Below, in pieces: positions 35,032-44,851 of a DNA stretch of 64,000 bases. The position numbers were made by a program, and so were the translations under genes. This stretch comes from an uncultured delta proteobacterium. GTDB lineage: Bacteria; Desulfobacterota; Binatia; JACPRU01. Numbering within the stretch: position 1 is the first letter of the stretch; each line of letters starts with the position of its first letter. The stretch is taken from the NCBI GenBank assembly GCA_963745025.1, contig CAVUWD010000016.1, forward strand, positions 416,001-480,000, written 5' to 3'. The notes below the pieces were generated by a model. That model had not been told where the DNA came from. It did no database searches and saw nothing but the letters and a program-made list of their open reading frames with translations.

Positions 35032-36216
35032 ATGAGTGACATACGCCCTTTTCGCTTCGAGATCCCCGACGGCGCCCTTCGCGACCTGAAGCGGCGCCTG
35101 AGCGAGACGCGCTGGCCCGATCGAGAGACACCGCAGGATTGGAGCCAGGGCGTGCCGCTCGCCTACACGCAGGAGGTGTGCGAGTACTGGCGCACGCGGT
35201 ACGATTGGCGGCGCTGCGAGGCAGCGCTGAACGCCTTGCCGCAGTTCATCACCAATATCGACGATCTCGACATCCAGTTCATCCACCTGCGCTCGAAGCA
35301 CGAGGATGCGCTGCCGATGATCGTCACCCACGGCTGGCCGGGCTCGGTGATCGAGTTCCTTAAGGTGCTGGGGCCGCTGACCGATCCGACCGCGCACGGC
35401 GGTGACGCCGCGGATGCCTTTCACGTGGTGTGCCCGACGCTGCCTGGCTTCGGGTTCTCTGGCAAGCCATCCGCGCCCGGCTGGGGCGTCGAACACGTCG
35501 GCCGTGCATGGGGGCAACTCATGGCGCGTCTCGGCTACGACCGCTACGTCGCGCAGGGCGGCGACTGGGGCTCGGCCGTAACGCACGCGATGGGCCTGTC
35601 GGAAACCGAGCACTGCATCGCCATGCACACCAACATGCCGCTGCTCTCGCCGAGCGAGGCAGTGATGAAGGATCTGACGGAGCAGGAGCAGTCGGCGCTC
35701 GCCGGCTTCCAGCATTACTGGGATTGGGACTCTGGCTACTCCAAGGAGCAGAGCACCCGCCCGCAGACAGTCGGCTACGGCCTGGTCGACTCGCCGGTCG
35801 CGCAGTGCGCGTGGATCCTGGAGAAGTTCTGGTGCTGGACCGATTGCGATGGCCATCCCGAGAACGCGCTCACGCGCGACGAGATGCTCGACAACATCAT
35901 GCTGTACTGGCTGCCGGGCGCGGGCGCCTCCTCGGCGCGCATCTACTGGGAGAGCTTCCGCCTGCTCCTCGAGCCGAAGCCGCAGATCCACATGCCGGCG
36001 GGCGCCAGCATCTTCCCGCACGAGATCTTCCGTGCGTCGAAGCGTTGGTGCGAGGAGCGTTACACCAAGCTCATCCACTACAACGTGCTCGACAAGGGTG
36101 GCCACTTCGCCGCGTTCGAGCAGCCGGCCACGTTCGTGAACGAGGTGCGCACTTGCTTCCGTCAGGTGCGACTGCCCGCCGAACCTCATGCCGCCGACGG
36201 AGCGGCGTCCGGGTGA
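35032..36216 (+). CDS. Epoxide hydrolase (EHN domain plus alpha/beta hydrolase)
   Basis: IRPFRFEIP, HGWPGS, AQGGDWGS, GGHFAAFEQP; GAGGAGG RBS. Confidence 0.93.
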   Translation: MSDIRPFRFEIPDGALRDLKRRLSETRWPDRETPQDWSQGVPLAYTQEVCEYWRTRYDWRRCEAALNALPQFITNIDDLDIQFIHLRSKHEDALPMIVTHGWPGSVIEFLKVLGPLTDPTAHGGDAADAFHVVCPTLPGFGFSGKPSAPGWGVEHVGRAWGQLMARLGYDRYVAQGGDWGSAVTHAMGLSETEHCIAMHTNMPLLSPSEAVMKDLTEQEQSALAGFQHYWDWDSGYSKEQSTRPQTVGYGLVDSPVAQCAWILEKFWCWTDCDGHPENALTRDEMLDNIMLYWLPGAGASSARIYWESFRLLLEPKPQIHMPAGASIFPHEIFRASKRWCEERYTKLIHYNVLDKGGHFAAFEQPATFVNEVRTCFRQVRLPAEPHAADGAASG

Positions 36217-36220
36217 AACC

Positions 36221-36508
36221 GTTACCGTCGGCGAAGCCGCCGAGAGGTGATACGCGGGACTCGAAGCGCAGCGCCGAAGAAGAAGTCTTCTCACGCAGAC
36301 CCGAAGCTACCTCGACGGCGTGATCCTGCCGTTCTGGAAGGACACGCTACTGGCGGACGTGAACGCCGGGGAGGTGAGGTTCCAGACCTCCGTGCTCGCG
36401 CGTAAGCGCACCCGCCGCGATCGCGATAGCGGCAAGATCGAGGAGGCGCCCATCCGCGTGAAGACCGCGCGCAACATCGTCGGCGGTCACTTCCGGGCGA
36501 CCTACTGA
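36221..36508 (+). pseudogene. Tyrosine integrase N-terminal/core-binding fragment
   Basis: VTVGEAAER*YAG...RSYLDGVILPFWKDTLLADVNAGEV...VKTARNIVGGHFRA; in-frame TGA at 36248, no catalytic domain. Confidence 0.55.
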
Positions 36509-36534
36509 TTACGAATTCTCTCCAAGACCCAACG

Positions 36535-36643
36535 GAGAGCAACCAGGAGCAACCAACTCCGCCCACGGACGAGGATTCGGAGTGAGGCGAGGTGCTCCTG
36601 GTTCGGGCTGGTTGGTCCTGGTGTGGTAGCAGAGCGGTAGCAG
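36535..36643 (+). repeat. Direct repeat R1, copy a
   Basis: Matches 38157-38264; internal IR AACCAGGAGCA/TGCTCCTGGTT; ends GGTAGCAGAGCGGTAGCAG. Confidence 0.85.
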
Positions 36644-36767
36644 GCGCTGTTTTCGGGCGCGGAAGAACAGAGCCGTCGCGCACCGACGCGGGCGGCTCTA
36701 CGAATCACTCGACTGCTGTTGCGCTCCGCTCGGCGAGCACTATCGGCTGACGAGCCCCTTGTGCGCT

Positions 36768-36818
36768 CCGTAAAAACGGGCGTAGCGTGGAAGAAGTCGC
36801 AGAGGTGGTTAGCGTCCG
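36768..36818 (+). repeat. Direct repeat R2, copy a
   Basis: CCGTAAAAACGGGCGTAGCGTG...GAAGTCG...GGTGG...GCGTCCG matches 37923-37973. Confidence 0.85.
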
Positions 36819-36904
36819 AGATCGATCGTTATGGCAACGCAACTCGGCCGCTTCATCCCATCTATCCTCAAGCCGGCATGACGGAGGTTAGACGGCAGGA
36901 ATAC

Positions 36905-37333
36905 ATGCCCCATCCTTTCGCCATCAAGGCCATCGATCACGTCGTGCTCCGGGTCACCAATCTCGAGGCCGCGCTGCGGTTCTACACGAAAGTGCTGGGC
37001 GGTACGCTCGAGAAGGTGCAGGAGCAGATCGGCCTCTACCAGGTCAGGGCCGGCCAATCCCTGATCGACCTCGTGCCGATCAGCGGGAAGCTCGGCGCTC
37101 TGGGCGGAGCGGCGCCGGGCCCGGAGGGCCGCAACGTCGATCACTTCTGCCTGAGAGTGGAGCCGTTCGACGGTGATGCAATCCGGCAGCACCTCGCGTC
37201 CAAGGGCTTCGCGGCCGGCAAAGTGGAATCCCGCTATGGCGCGGACGGCCAGGGGCCTTCAATCTATGTGACCGATCCGGACGGCAACGTCGTTGAGCTC
37301 AAGGGACCGCCCTGGGAATCCGGCGGCGCGTGA
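36905..37333 (+). CDS. VOC/glyoxalase family protein
   Basis: IDHVVLRV, NVDHFCL, SIYVTDPDGNVVELKG. Confidence 0.9.
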   Translation: MPHPFAIKAIDHVVLRVTNLEAALRFYTKVLGGTLEKVQEQIGLYQVRAGQSLIDLVPISGKLGALGGAAPGPEGRNVDHFCLRVEPFDGDAIRQHLASKGFAAGKVESRYGADGQGPSIYVTDPDGNVVELKGPPWESGGA

Positions 37334-37371
37334 GAATCGGTTTTTCGAGCAGCACACGCAAGGAAGTGACC

Positions 37372-37851
37372 ATGAAGATTCCGACGATCGAGCAAGTCAA
37401 GATACAAGCCAAAGTGCTGGTCCCGCTGGTCAAAGCCCTCCAGGCGGAACTGGGCGAGCAGCGGGCGAACGCCATCGTCCGAAAGGCGCTCGGCGACTTG
37501 TATCGCGGGTACGGCGAGAAGTGGTGGCGGGCGCAGCAAGCGGGCAACCTCGGCGAGAAGATAGCCGGGGTGTTCGAGGCATTCGCGGCTGGAGACGCTC
37601 TGGACTACGAGGTGGTCAAGCAGGGCCCGGATGCGTTCGACGTGAACGTCACCGGATGTCGCTATGCGAAGTTCTACAAAGAGATGGGTGCGCCCGAGCT
37701 GGGCTTTTTGCTCGTGTGCGGTTCGGACTTTCCCATGGCGGAGGGTTTTGGTCCCGGCGTACAGCTCAAGCGCACACAGACGATCATGCAGGGGGCCAGT
37801 CACTGTGACTTTCGCTATGCACTGAAGAAGACGGAGAAGCCGGCGCCCTGA
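37372..37851 (+). CDS. L-2-amino-thiazoline-4-carboxylate hydrolase-like protein
   Basis: VTGCRYAKFY, LLVCGSD, RTQTIMQGASHCDFRY. Confidence 0.85.
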   Translation: MKIPTIEQVKIQAKVLVPLVKALQAELGEQRANAIVRKALGDLYRGYGEKWWRAQQAGNLGEKIAGVFEAFAAGDALDYEVVKQGPDAFDVNVTGCRYAKFYKEMGAPELGFLLVCGSDFPMAEGFGPGVQLKRTQTIMQGASHCDFRYALKKTEKPAP

Positions 37852-37922
37852 CATGCTGTTGGAGCCAGCGTCGGCAAACCGGCAAGGTTCAACGCGGGCG
37901 CTGGTTGATGGCAGACTCGAGG

Positions 37923-37973
37923 CCGTAAAAACGGGCGTAGCGTGCGAGAAGTCGGAGGGGTGGCTCGCGTCCG
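37923..37973 (+). repeat. Direct repeat R2, copy b
   Basis: First 22 nt identical to copy a. Confidence 0.85.
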
Positions 37974-38012
37974 GCATCCGGGCTTATGTCGACTTCGGGC
38001 GTTTATGCCGAC

Positions 38013-38087
38013 ATGGCCAAGGCAAACGACGAGATGGCGCACTGGCAGGAGTACGACTACATCGTGGTCAACCGCGACCTCGACGAC
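38013..38087 (+). pseudogene. gmk: Internal fragment of guanylate kinase
   Basis: MAKANDEMAHWQEYDYIVVNRDLDD resembles the Gmk C-terminal motif (EMSHW.EYDYVIVN.DL). Confidence 0.6.
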
Positions 38088-38156
38088 AGAACACGTACCG
38101 GAACCCGAAGACGCGGGGCTGCGGCGTGACTCACTGAGATACTGCAGGAACCGACC

Positions 38157-38264
38157 GAGAGCAACCAGGAGCACCAACCCGGCCTACGGATGAGGATCCG
38201 GAGTGATACGAGGTGCTCCTGGTTCGGGCTGGTTCGCAGTGGTTTGGTAGCAGCGCGGTAGCAG
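38157..38264 (+). repeat. Direct repeat R1, copy b
   Basis: GAGAGCAACCAGGAGCA...CGAGGTGCTCCTGGTTCGGGCTGGTT...TGGTAGCAGCGCGGTAGCAG. Confidence 0.85.
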
Positions 38265-38371
38265 AAACGGGGCTCGTTCGACCAAGAGCACATTAGTCGT
38301 CCGCCGCAAGGAAGCCGCCCTCCGGCTGGCTCACAATTGAACCCGAGCGCCGCCCGCCCGCGGCTGCGTGG

Positions 38372-39447
38372 CTAGAAGTCGAACTTGCCGAATGAGCCCA
38401 GATCCTTGCAGGCTTTCACCAGGCGGGCGGTGAAGCCCTTCTCGCCCAGGTGCATCCAGCCGCGCGGATCGATGTAGCGCTTGTTGGGCTTGTCGGGGCC
38501 TTCGGGGTTGCCGAGCTGCGCCTGCAGGTAGGCGCTCTTTTCGTCCATGAACTTCTTGATCGGCTGCGTGAACGCCCACTGCGTGTCGGTGTCGATGTTC
38601 ATCTTCACGACGCCGTAGGAGACCGCCTCGCGGATCTCCTCCTCGGTCGAGCCCGGAGCCGCCGTGGAACACGAAGCTCACCGGCTCGGCGCCGGTCTTG
38701 CGCTTCTCGGCGATGAACCTCTGCGAATCGCGCAGGATCGTCGGCTTGAGCTTCACGTTGCCGGGCGCGTAGACGCCGTGCGTGTTGCCGAACGCGGCGG
38801 CGACCGTGAAGCTGCCGACCGGGTTCAGCGCGTCGTACGCCTTGAGCACGTCTTCGGGCTGCGTGTAGAGGCTGCGAATGATCGGCGCCCGAGTGGTCGA
38901 CGCCGTCCTCCTCGCCGCCCGTGACGCCGAGCTCGATCTCCAGCGTCATGTTCATCTTGGCGATGCGCGCCAGCGTGCGCCGGCTGATCTCGATGTTCTC
39001 GTCGAGCGACTGCTCCGACAGGTCGAGCATGTGCGAGCTGAACAGCGGCTCGCCGTTCTTCGCGAAGTACTCCTCGCCGGCAGCGATCACGCCTTCGACC
39101 CACGGCAGCAGCTTCTTCGCGCAGTGATCGGTGTGCAGCACGGCGGGGACGCCGTAGACCTTGGCCAGCCTCCGCACGTGCAGCGCGCCCGCGATCGAGC
39201 CCGCGATCGACGCCTGCTGCTGGCCGTTGTCCAGCGTCTTGCCCGCGAAAAACTGCGAACCCGTGTGCGAGAGCTGGATGATGATCGGCGCCTTGGCCTC
39301 CTTCGCCGCGGCCAGCGCGGCGTTGGCTGAGCTGGAGCCGATCACGTTCACCGCGGGAAGCGCGCAGTCGACTTCCTTGCAGTAAGCGAAGAGCTCTCGG
39401 AGGGCATTGCCGGTGATGACTCCAGAGGACAGCTTGAGATTGGCCAT
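38372..39447 (-). CDS. fbaA: Class II fructose-bisphosphate aldolase, two +1 frameshifts (~38877, ~38652)
   Basis: HTDHCAKKLLPW, SSHMLDLS, TGGEEDG, FGNTHGVY, VFHGGSG, KMNIDTDTQWA spread across three frames. Confidence 0.88.
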
Positions 39448-39534
39448 GGCGGTTGTTGGCGGGCAGTATAGTCGAGACGACTACCGACGACGATAGCGTC
39501 GCAACTGGGCGGGGAAAGCCCGCCAAGGAAAGAG

Positions 39535-39807
39535 ATGACGCCCGATCCGACCTGCACCCACCTCGAGGCGATCGAAACCGTGAAGCACGCCGATCGGCGC
39601 GAGTGCGAGGAGTGCGTCCGCATCAGCGCCCGCTGGGTACACCTCAGGACCTGTCAGGAGTGCGGCGGCACGCGCTGCTGCGACAGTTCTCCGAACCGGC
39701 ACGCCAGCAAGCACGCCGGCGCCAGCGGTCACTCGGTGATCGCCTCGGCCGAGCCCGGCGAGCGGTGGCTGTACTGCTATCCCGACGACGCCTTGGCCGA
39801 GTACTGA
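39535..39807 (+). CDS. UBP-type zinc finger protein
   Basis: CTHL, CEEC, HLRTCQECG..CCDSSPNRHASKH, EPGERWLYCYPD. Confidence 0.9.
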   Translation: MTPDPTCTHLEAIETVKHADRRECEECVRISARWVHLRTCQECGGTRCCDSSPNRHASKHAGASGHSVIASAEPGERWLYCYPDDALAEY

Positions 39808-40004
39808 GCGCGCTGCGATGGCCCGACCAGGGGCCCCCGGAGGTAGTAGCTGCATGCCTTCAGCCAGACTCCGAACAGCGCGATGCCGACCAGGAGCGCG
39901 ATCCACAACGAAGATCCCGTGGCGGCGCTAGTGGGATAGGGTGGTCAGCGTCAGCGAACGAGGCGTTATGTAGCTTTCGGGCCTTTGTAGCGGCTATTCC
40001 CAGG

Positions 40005-40310
40005 CTACTTCGGCTGCGGCACGATCCGTAGATAGGGCTTCGGCGCCTTCCAGCCCGCGGGATACGTCTTCTTTGCGTCCTCGTCGGAGACGGCGGGGAC
40101 GATAATCACGTCCTGCCCCTGCTTCCAGTTCACGGGCGTGGCCACCTTGTGCTTGGCCGTCAGCTGGCAGGAGTCCAGCAGCCGCAGCACCTCGTCAAAG
40201 TTGCGGCCGGTCGACATCGGGTAGGTCAGCATCGCCTTCACCTTCTTGTCGGGTCCGATCACGAAGACCGAGCGCACGGTCGCATTGTCGGCGGCCGTCC
40301 GGCCCTGCGA
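40005..40310 (-). pseudogene. 1-Cys peroxiredoxin (Prx6), 5'-truncated
   Basis: TVRSVFVIGPDKK, YPMSTGRNFDE, VATPVNWKQG, PYLR; N-terminal PVCTTE region absent. Confidence 0.8.
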
Positions 40311-40673
40311 GCTGGAGCCAGAGCCCTCCGGCTTCGGCTTCCCGATCAATCACACGATCGGCGTATCCGCGGTCAACGTGTTGAGTCTCGTTCGCGTCGA
40401 AGCTCCCCGAAGAGGTCTTCAACGTCGATACGCTGGTCGAACGGGGACGCTAGCTCCGATCGAACTCTCGCCCCCTTGGCGTGCGGGGGCGGATAGCCGG
40501 CATTAGCGTCCGCGGACGTGAAACTCGACCTCGCACTCTAACCATCCCTCCCACGTCTCCAGCATACTCATGCTATGATCTTGCGGGTCTGAGACGCGGC
40601 CGCATGCCGCTGAGAAGATGTTTCTTGTGAGCAGTGGCGGCCGTTTCCAGGTCAACGCGAAAGAGCATCGCAG

Positions 40674-41522
40674 ATGAAGGCCCTTGCCAAACCCCTCGGT
40701 AACGTTCTCGCGGCGGTAGATCTCTCGGGGGCGTCGGCGGCCGTCATCGAGCGGGCTGCGCGGCTTTCCACCACCCGGGGCGCATCGATCACGCTGTTCC
40801 ACGTGGTCCCACAAGGGCGCGCGCTCTCCGCAGCGCCGGCGGAGCAAGAGATCCAGCGCACCTTGACGGCCGGTGCCGCGCGACTTTCGGAGCTTGCCGG
40901 CGAGGGAGTGGGGGTGTTCACCGCAATCGGACACGGCACTCCATTCGTCGAAATCATCCGGCGCGCACGCGACGAGCGGGCCGAGCTGGTGGTGCTCGGG
41001 CGTCACGGCCACAGGACCTTCGCCGAGGCGCTCATGGGCTCGACGGCCGAGCGGGTGTTTCGCCAGGGCGACGCTGCTACACTGATCGTCGGCCGCGCGC
41101 CCGAGGCAGGGTACAGGCGGCCGATGGTCGCAGTCGATCTGTCGGACACGTCACGGCGGGCCCTCGAGCTAGCTCTTCGGGTGGTTGATCCGCAAGCGGA
41201 CCCAATCGAGGTCGTGCATTCTTGGGACATGGCCGCCGTGGGCTACCCCGAGGAGCGGGACGGCAGCGCGCTCGGCAGATTCTTGGCCGAGTTCGGCACC
41301 GCGGCAGAGCGCTGGCACGTGACCGTGCGACCCGGCGATGCGCGGGCGGTCATCCTGGCCGAGGCCGCACGACGGAACGTCGATCTGCTCGTGCTGGGAA
41401 CCCACGGCCGTTCAGGTTTCATGCGTCTCCTCGTGGGCAGCGTGGCCGAGGCGGTCGTCCGCGCCGCAACGTGCGACGTCCTCGTTGCCCGCGCCTTGAA
41501 GCGTGACTTCCAGCCCCTCTGA
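40674..41522 (+). CDS. Tandem universal stress protein
   Basis: Two USP domains (AAVDLS...LVVLGRHG..MGSTAE; VAVDLS...LVLGTHG..VGSVAE). Confidence 0.9.
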   Translation: MKALAKPLGNVLAAVDLSGASAAVIERAARLSTTRGASITLFHVVPQGRALSAAPAEQEIQRTLTAGAARLSELAGEGVGVFTAIGHGTPFVEIIRRARDERAELVVLGRHGHRTFAEALMGSTAERVFRQGDAATLIVGRAPEAGYRRPMVAVDLSDTSRRALELALRVVDPQADPIEVVHSWDMAAVGYPEERDGSALGRFLAEFGTAAERWHVTVRPGDARAVILAEAARRNVDLLVLGTHGRSGFMRLLVGSVAEAVVRAATCDVLVARALKRDFQPL

Positions 41523-41720
41523 ACCGCCTCGTGCTCGTTCGCTCGCGCCACTCAGCATGCTTTTCGCCGCCGGCTGTCTGCGCGGGCACGCGGCGTCGCG
41601 GATAGGTTCCGCGGGGGCGGGCAATCGTCGACGAGGGGAGATGCGTCACTCGCGGCGCATCAAACGGTTGATCTCCGCATAGCCGCCCACGCCCGAATGC
41701 GTCCTGGATGGCCCGGCGTC

Positions 41721-42317
41721 TCACGAAGGAGTTGGCGCGCTGTCCGCAGGCTCCGGCTTCGCCCCCTCCCCCCGATCCTTCCGTCGCTGCGCCCCACTCC
41801 GCATGGTGACGAACGTCACCGTGTCCCAGGCATTGTGGATCCCGATGAACACGAGCAACAGGACCGCCGTGCCGATGGCCAGCATCGCGCCTCCTGCCCC
41901 GCGCCCCAGCGCCAGCCCAGCCACGAGCAGCACCAGGTAGGCCATCACCGGCAGGACCGCGTGCCACACCCAGTCCTCGAACACGGGCTGGTATTCCTGC
42001 TGCCGGCGCGCGCGCCTTGCCACGACCACCGAATAGATCTCGCCGATGGCCCCGTAGATCGCCACGGCGAGTCCCGCGGCCCCCAGGCCGCTCCACGGCA
42101 CCGACAGGATCGCCGCCACCAGCAGCGCCGCGCAGAAGTGCACCACGTTGGGCGTCCCGAACGCCGAGATGGACTCCCCGCGTCCGCGGGCCATGTCCGT
42201 CTGCGCAATCAGGGTCATCACCACGAACTGCAGCCCGGTCAGCGCCCCGGCCGACGAGCCAAGAATGACGTAGAAGTTCCCCCACGCTTCCAGTGAGGGG
42301 GCGAGACCTGGGGGCAT
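41721..42317 (-). CDS. Conserved hypothetical membrane protein
   Basis: WGNFYVILGSSAGALTGLQFV, EDWVWH, IGIHNAWD; 5-6 TM; GGAGG RBS. Confidence 0.8.
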   Translation of the reverse strand: MPPGLAPSLEAWGNFYVILGSSAGALTGLQFVVMTLIAQTDMARGRGESISAFGTPNVVHFCAALLVAAILSVPWSGLGAAGLAVAIYGAIGEIYSVVVARRARRQQEYQPVFEDWVWHAVLPVMAYLVLLVAGLALGRGAGGAMLAIGTAVLLLVFIGIHNAWDTVTFVTMRSGAQRRKDRGEGAKPEPADSAPTPS

Positions 42318-42351
42318 GGCAATCCTCCCCGGCGGGCGCCGGTTGGTGGTA

Positions 42352-42720
42352 TTACTCCGAAGGCTTGGATGGCTCCGTGTCGAGCGTCATCTCGACCATG
42401 GTATCGCGGAAGCCCAACTGCGCGAACAGACGCTGCGCGGACTCGTTGCCCGACTTGCTCCACAGCACGATCTGGGATCTCCCGTTCGAGCGAATCCAAT
42501 CGATCGCGGCGCGGAGCAGCGCTTTTCCCACGCCCTGCCGGCGCGCGCGCTCGAGGACATACACGTCGTGGACGAAGCCGCACGGGCCGCGAAGGTCCTT
42601 CCAGCTGATCGGCATGAGTTGCGCGAAGACGTAGCCGACGACCTGGCCTGCATCTTCGGCTACCAGGACGAGGCAGTCCGGCTCCGAGAGCTGCGAGACG
42701 AGGAAGCGACCGAGACAACC
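42352..42720 (-). pseudogene. GNAT acetyltransferase, apparently 5'-truncated
   Basis: LVAEDAGQVVGY, DVYV..ARRQGVG, NESAQRLF..LGF; upstream in-frame sequence does not look GNAT-like. Confidence 0.65.
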
Positions 42721-43309
42721 ACTCAACTCCACTCTTACACCGGCCCCTTGGAACGGGGAACTCAAAGAGATGGCCCCGGCCGTTTCTGGCCATTTCCTGC
42801 CGCTCGAAGCGTCCGCCGGAATGTTCCAGGTTTTCAATCCCTCCCGTAGCGTGGGTGCCATCGTCGCCACCTGCTCGAAACAGGATTTCCCGTTCGTCGC
42901 GGATGCGCCCGCGGCCAGGTCGTCGCCTGGGCCTCGAGAGTCGCCACTCGCTGGGCCAGGTCCTCAAGCCCAGCGGCCCGTCGTCTTGGGGTGGAGCGTC
43001 GATGTTGGGCCGTGGTAGCCTCTTGCGTGTCGCGTCCGGCGACGCAACCTAACGCTGGGATGTCGGGCGGTGCGACGACGACGAGAGGGGTGATGCCTTA
43101 AACTGGTCCTCGAGGAAATCGCGTAGGCGGGATTCCCGCGCACGAGGGGCACAGCGTCGTCGGCGCACCGCGTGGGTGCCAGACGCGTCAGACCGGGCAG
43201 CGCGGCCCGATGCGTGATTCACGAGAGCCGTGAGGTAGGCGACCGGCCGACGGCCGCGACATCACGGCGCGATGCTGCGCCAAACCGAACGACGGGAAAG
43301 GGGGCACAC

Positions 43310-44587
43310 ATGTTCGTACTGGAAAAGCTGGAGTTACCGAAGCTAGGCCTCGCCGGCCTCGAGGCCGCGCTGACCGCGGACGAGCTCGCCCTGCAACGTT
43401 CCGTCCATGAGTTTGCCGAGGCCGTGATGCGGCCCATCGGCCGGGACCTGGACAGAATGACGCCCGACGAGGTCGTTGCCTCCGGATCGCCGCTCTTCAC
43501 GTTTCTGCGGCGCTTCAAGGAGGCCGGCATCGTCGATCTCCCGACGCTCGCGACGCTGCCGAACGAACAGAAGGGGCGGCTGATGCCGATCGTCTTCGAG
43601 GAGCTCGGCTGGGGGGACGCTGGACTCGCGCTCCTGGGTCTGGTGTCGAGCTTCCCGGCCTTCGCCGCCTACACGACCGGCAACCCGGAACTGATCGAGC
43701 GTTTCGACAACGTGCCCGGATGTTGGCTGGGCACGCAGCCCGACCGTGGCGGCGACGTCGTCGATCTCGACGTCCAGGAGGTCCACCCAGGTGCCCGGCA
43801 GGACAAGGGCAACCTTGGTGCACGCGTGGAGGGCGATGAGGTTGTCATTACGGGGCAGTCGTCCGCGTGGGTGTCGGGCGCCCCGATCGCGCAGGCGGCC
43901 TTCGCGTACATCCCGTGCGACTACGGGGACGGCCTCTATCGCGGCGCCGGCCTGCAGCACATCGCGATCCTGATCCCTCTGGATCTCGCCGGTGTCAGCA
44001 AAGGCAAACCAGTGGACAAGCTCGGCCAGCGGACGCTGCCCCAGGGCGAACTCTTCTTCGACGACGTCCGCGTGCCGGGCAAGTACGTCGTCGCCGGCAA
44101 GGACACGGCGATAGCGAGCATGGTCGGCGCGCTGACCTTCGGAAACATGGAGATGGGGGCCACCTTCACCGGGGTCGCCCGGGCGGCCTTCGAGCACGCG
44201 CTTGCCTACGTGCACGAGCGGCATCAGGGCGGTGTCAAACTGGTGGCCCACCAAACCGTTCGGCATCGTCTGTTTACGATGTGGCAGAAGCTCGAGGCCG
44301 CCCGCGCCTTGTCGCGGCGGGTCTTCGCGTACAACTACGGCCCGCACGGGCCGCACGTGATGGCGTCGATTACCAGCAAGACGTTCGTGACGCAGACCGC
44401 GCTCGAGTTGGCGAACGAGGCGATTCAGCTCTTCGGGGGCAACGGGCTGACGAAAGAGTACCCCGTCGAGAAGCTGATGCGCGATGCACGCGCCGCGCTG
44501 ATCGAAGACGGCGAGAACACTCTCCTCGGCCTGAAGGCGGCGTCGTGGCTCAGCCGCTGGTACGAGGCGCAGCTCGGTGTGCACTGA
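43310..44587 (+). CDS. Acyl-CoA dehydrogenase family protein
   Basis: EELGWGDAG, KLGQR, YVHERHQGG, AIQLFGGNG..KEYPVEKLMRDA. Confidence 0.92.
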   Translation: MFVLEKLELPKLGLAGLEAALTADELALQRSVHEFAEAVMRPIGRDLDRMTPDEVVASGSPLFTFLRRFKEAGIVDLPTLATLPNEQKGRLMPIVFEELGWGDAGLALLGLVSSFPAFAAYTTGNPELIERFDNVPGCWLGTQPDRGGDVVDLDVQEVHPGARQDKGNLGARVEGDEVVITGQSSAWVSGAPIAQAAFAYIPCDYGDGLYRGAGLQHIAILIPLDLAGVSKGKPVDKLGQRTLPQGELFFDDVRVPGKYVVAGKDTAIASMVGALTFGNMEMGATFTGVARAAFEHALAYVHERHQGGVKLVAHQTVRHRLFTMWQKLEAARALSRRVFAYNYGPHGPHVMASITSKTFVTQTALELANEAIQLFGGNGLTKEYPVEKLMRDARAALIEDGENTLLGLKAASWLSRWYEAQLGVH

Positions 44588-44710
44588 CGCCGGACATGGG
44601 AGGAAGTGAAATGAATGATCGTGCGGTCCTTGGCGGGCGTCGACCGAAGCCAGCGCTGACGCCACGTTGTCCGCCGTGATCCACGCGCGCCGCCGGAGAT
44701 CGATCGCTAT

Positions 44711-44811
44711 CTAGTGTAGTGTCTCCGAATCAACTTTACAGTTGATCTGCTGTTTCTGCTCCTGTTGCAGTGAGTTCTAAATGTAAAGCTCTTTGTGAGA
44801 CACTATACTAG
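44711..44811. mobile_element. MITE-like element with CTAG flanks
   Basis: CTAG-TGTAGTGTCTC..CTTTACA ... TGTAAAG..GAGACACTATA-CTAG; ~26 bp imperfect TIRs, AT-rich, no ORF. Confidence 0.75.
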
Positions 44812-44851
44812 TCTTCAGGGCTCGCCTGCTTGACCACGGCGGGCGCTATCG

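Noticed and set aside
36248-36250. In-frame TGA as selenocysteine
   Set aside because: It falls where Trp is expected in a truncated integrase fragment; a nonsense mutation is simpler.
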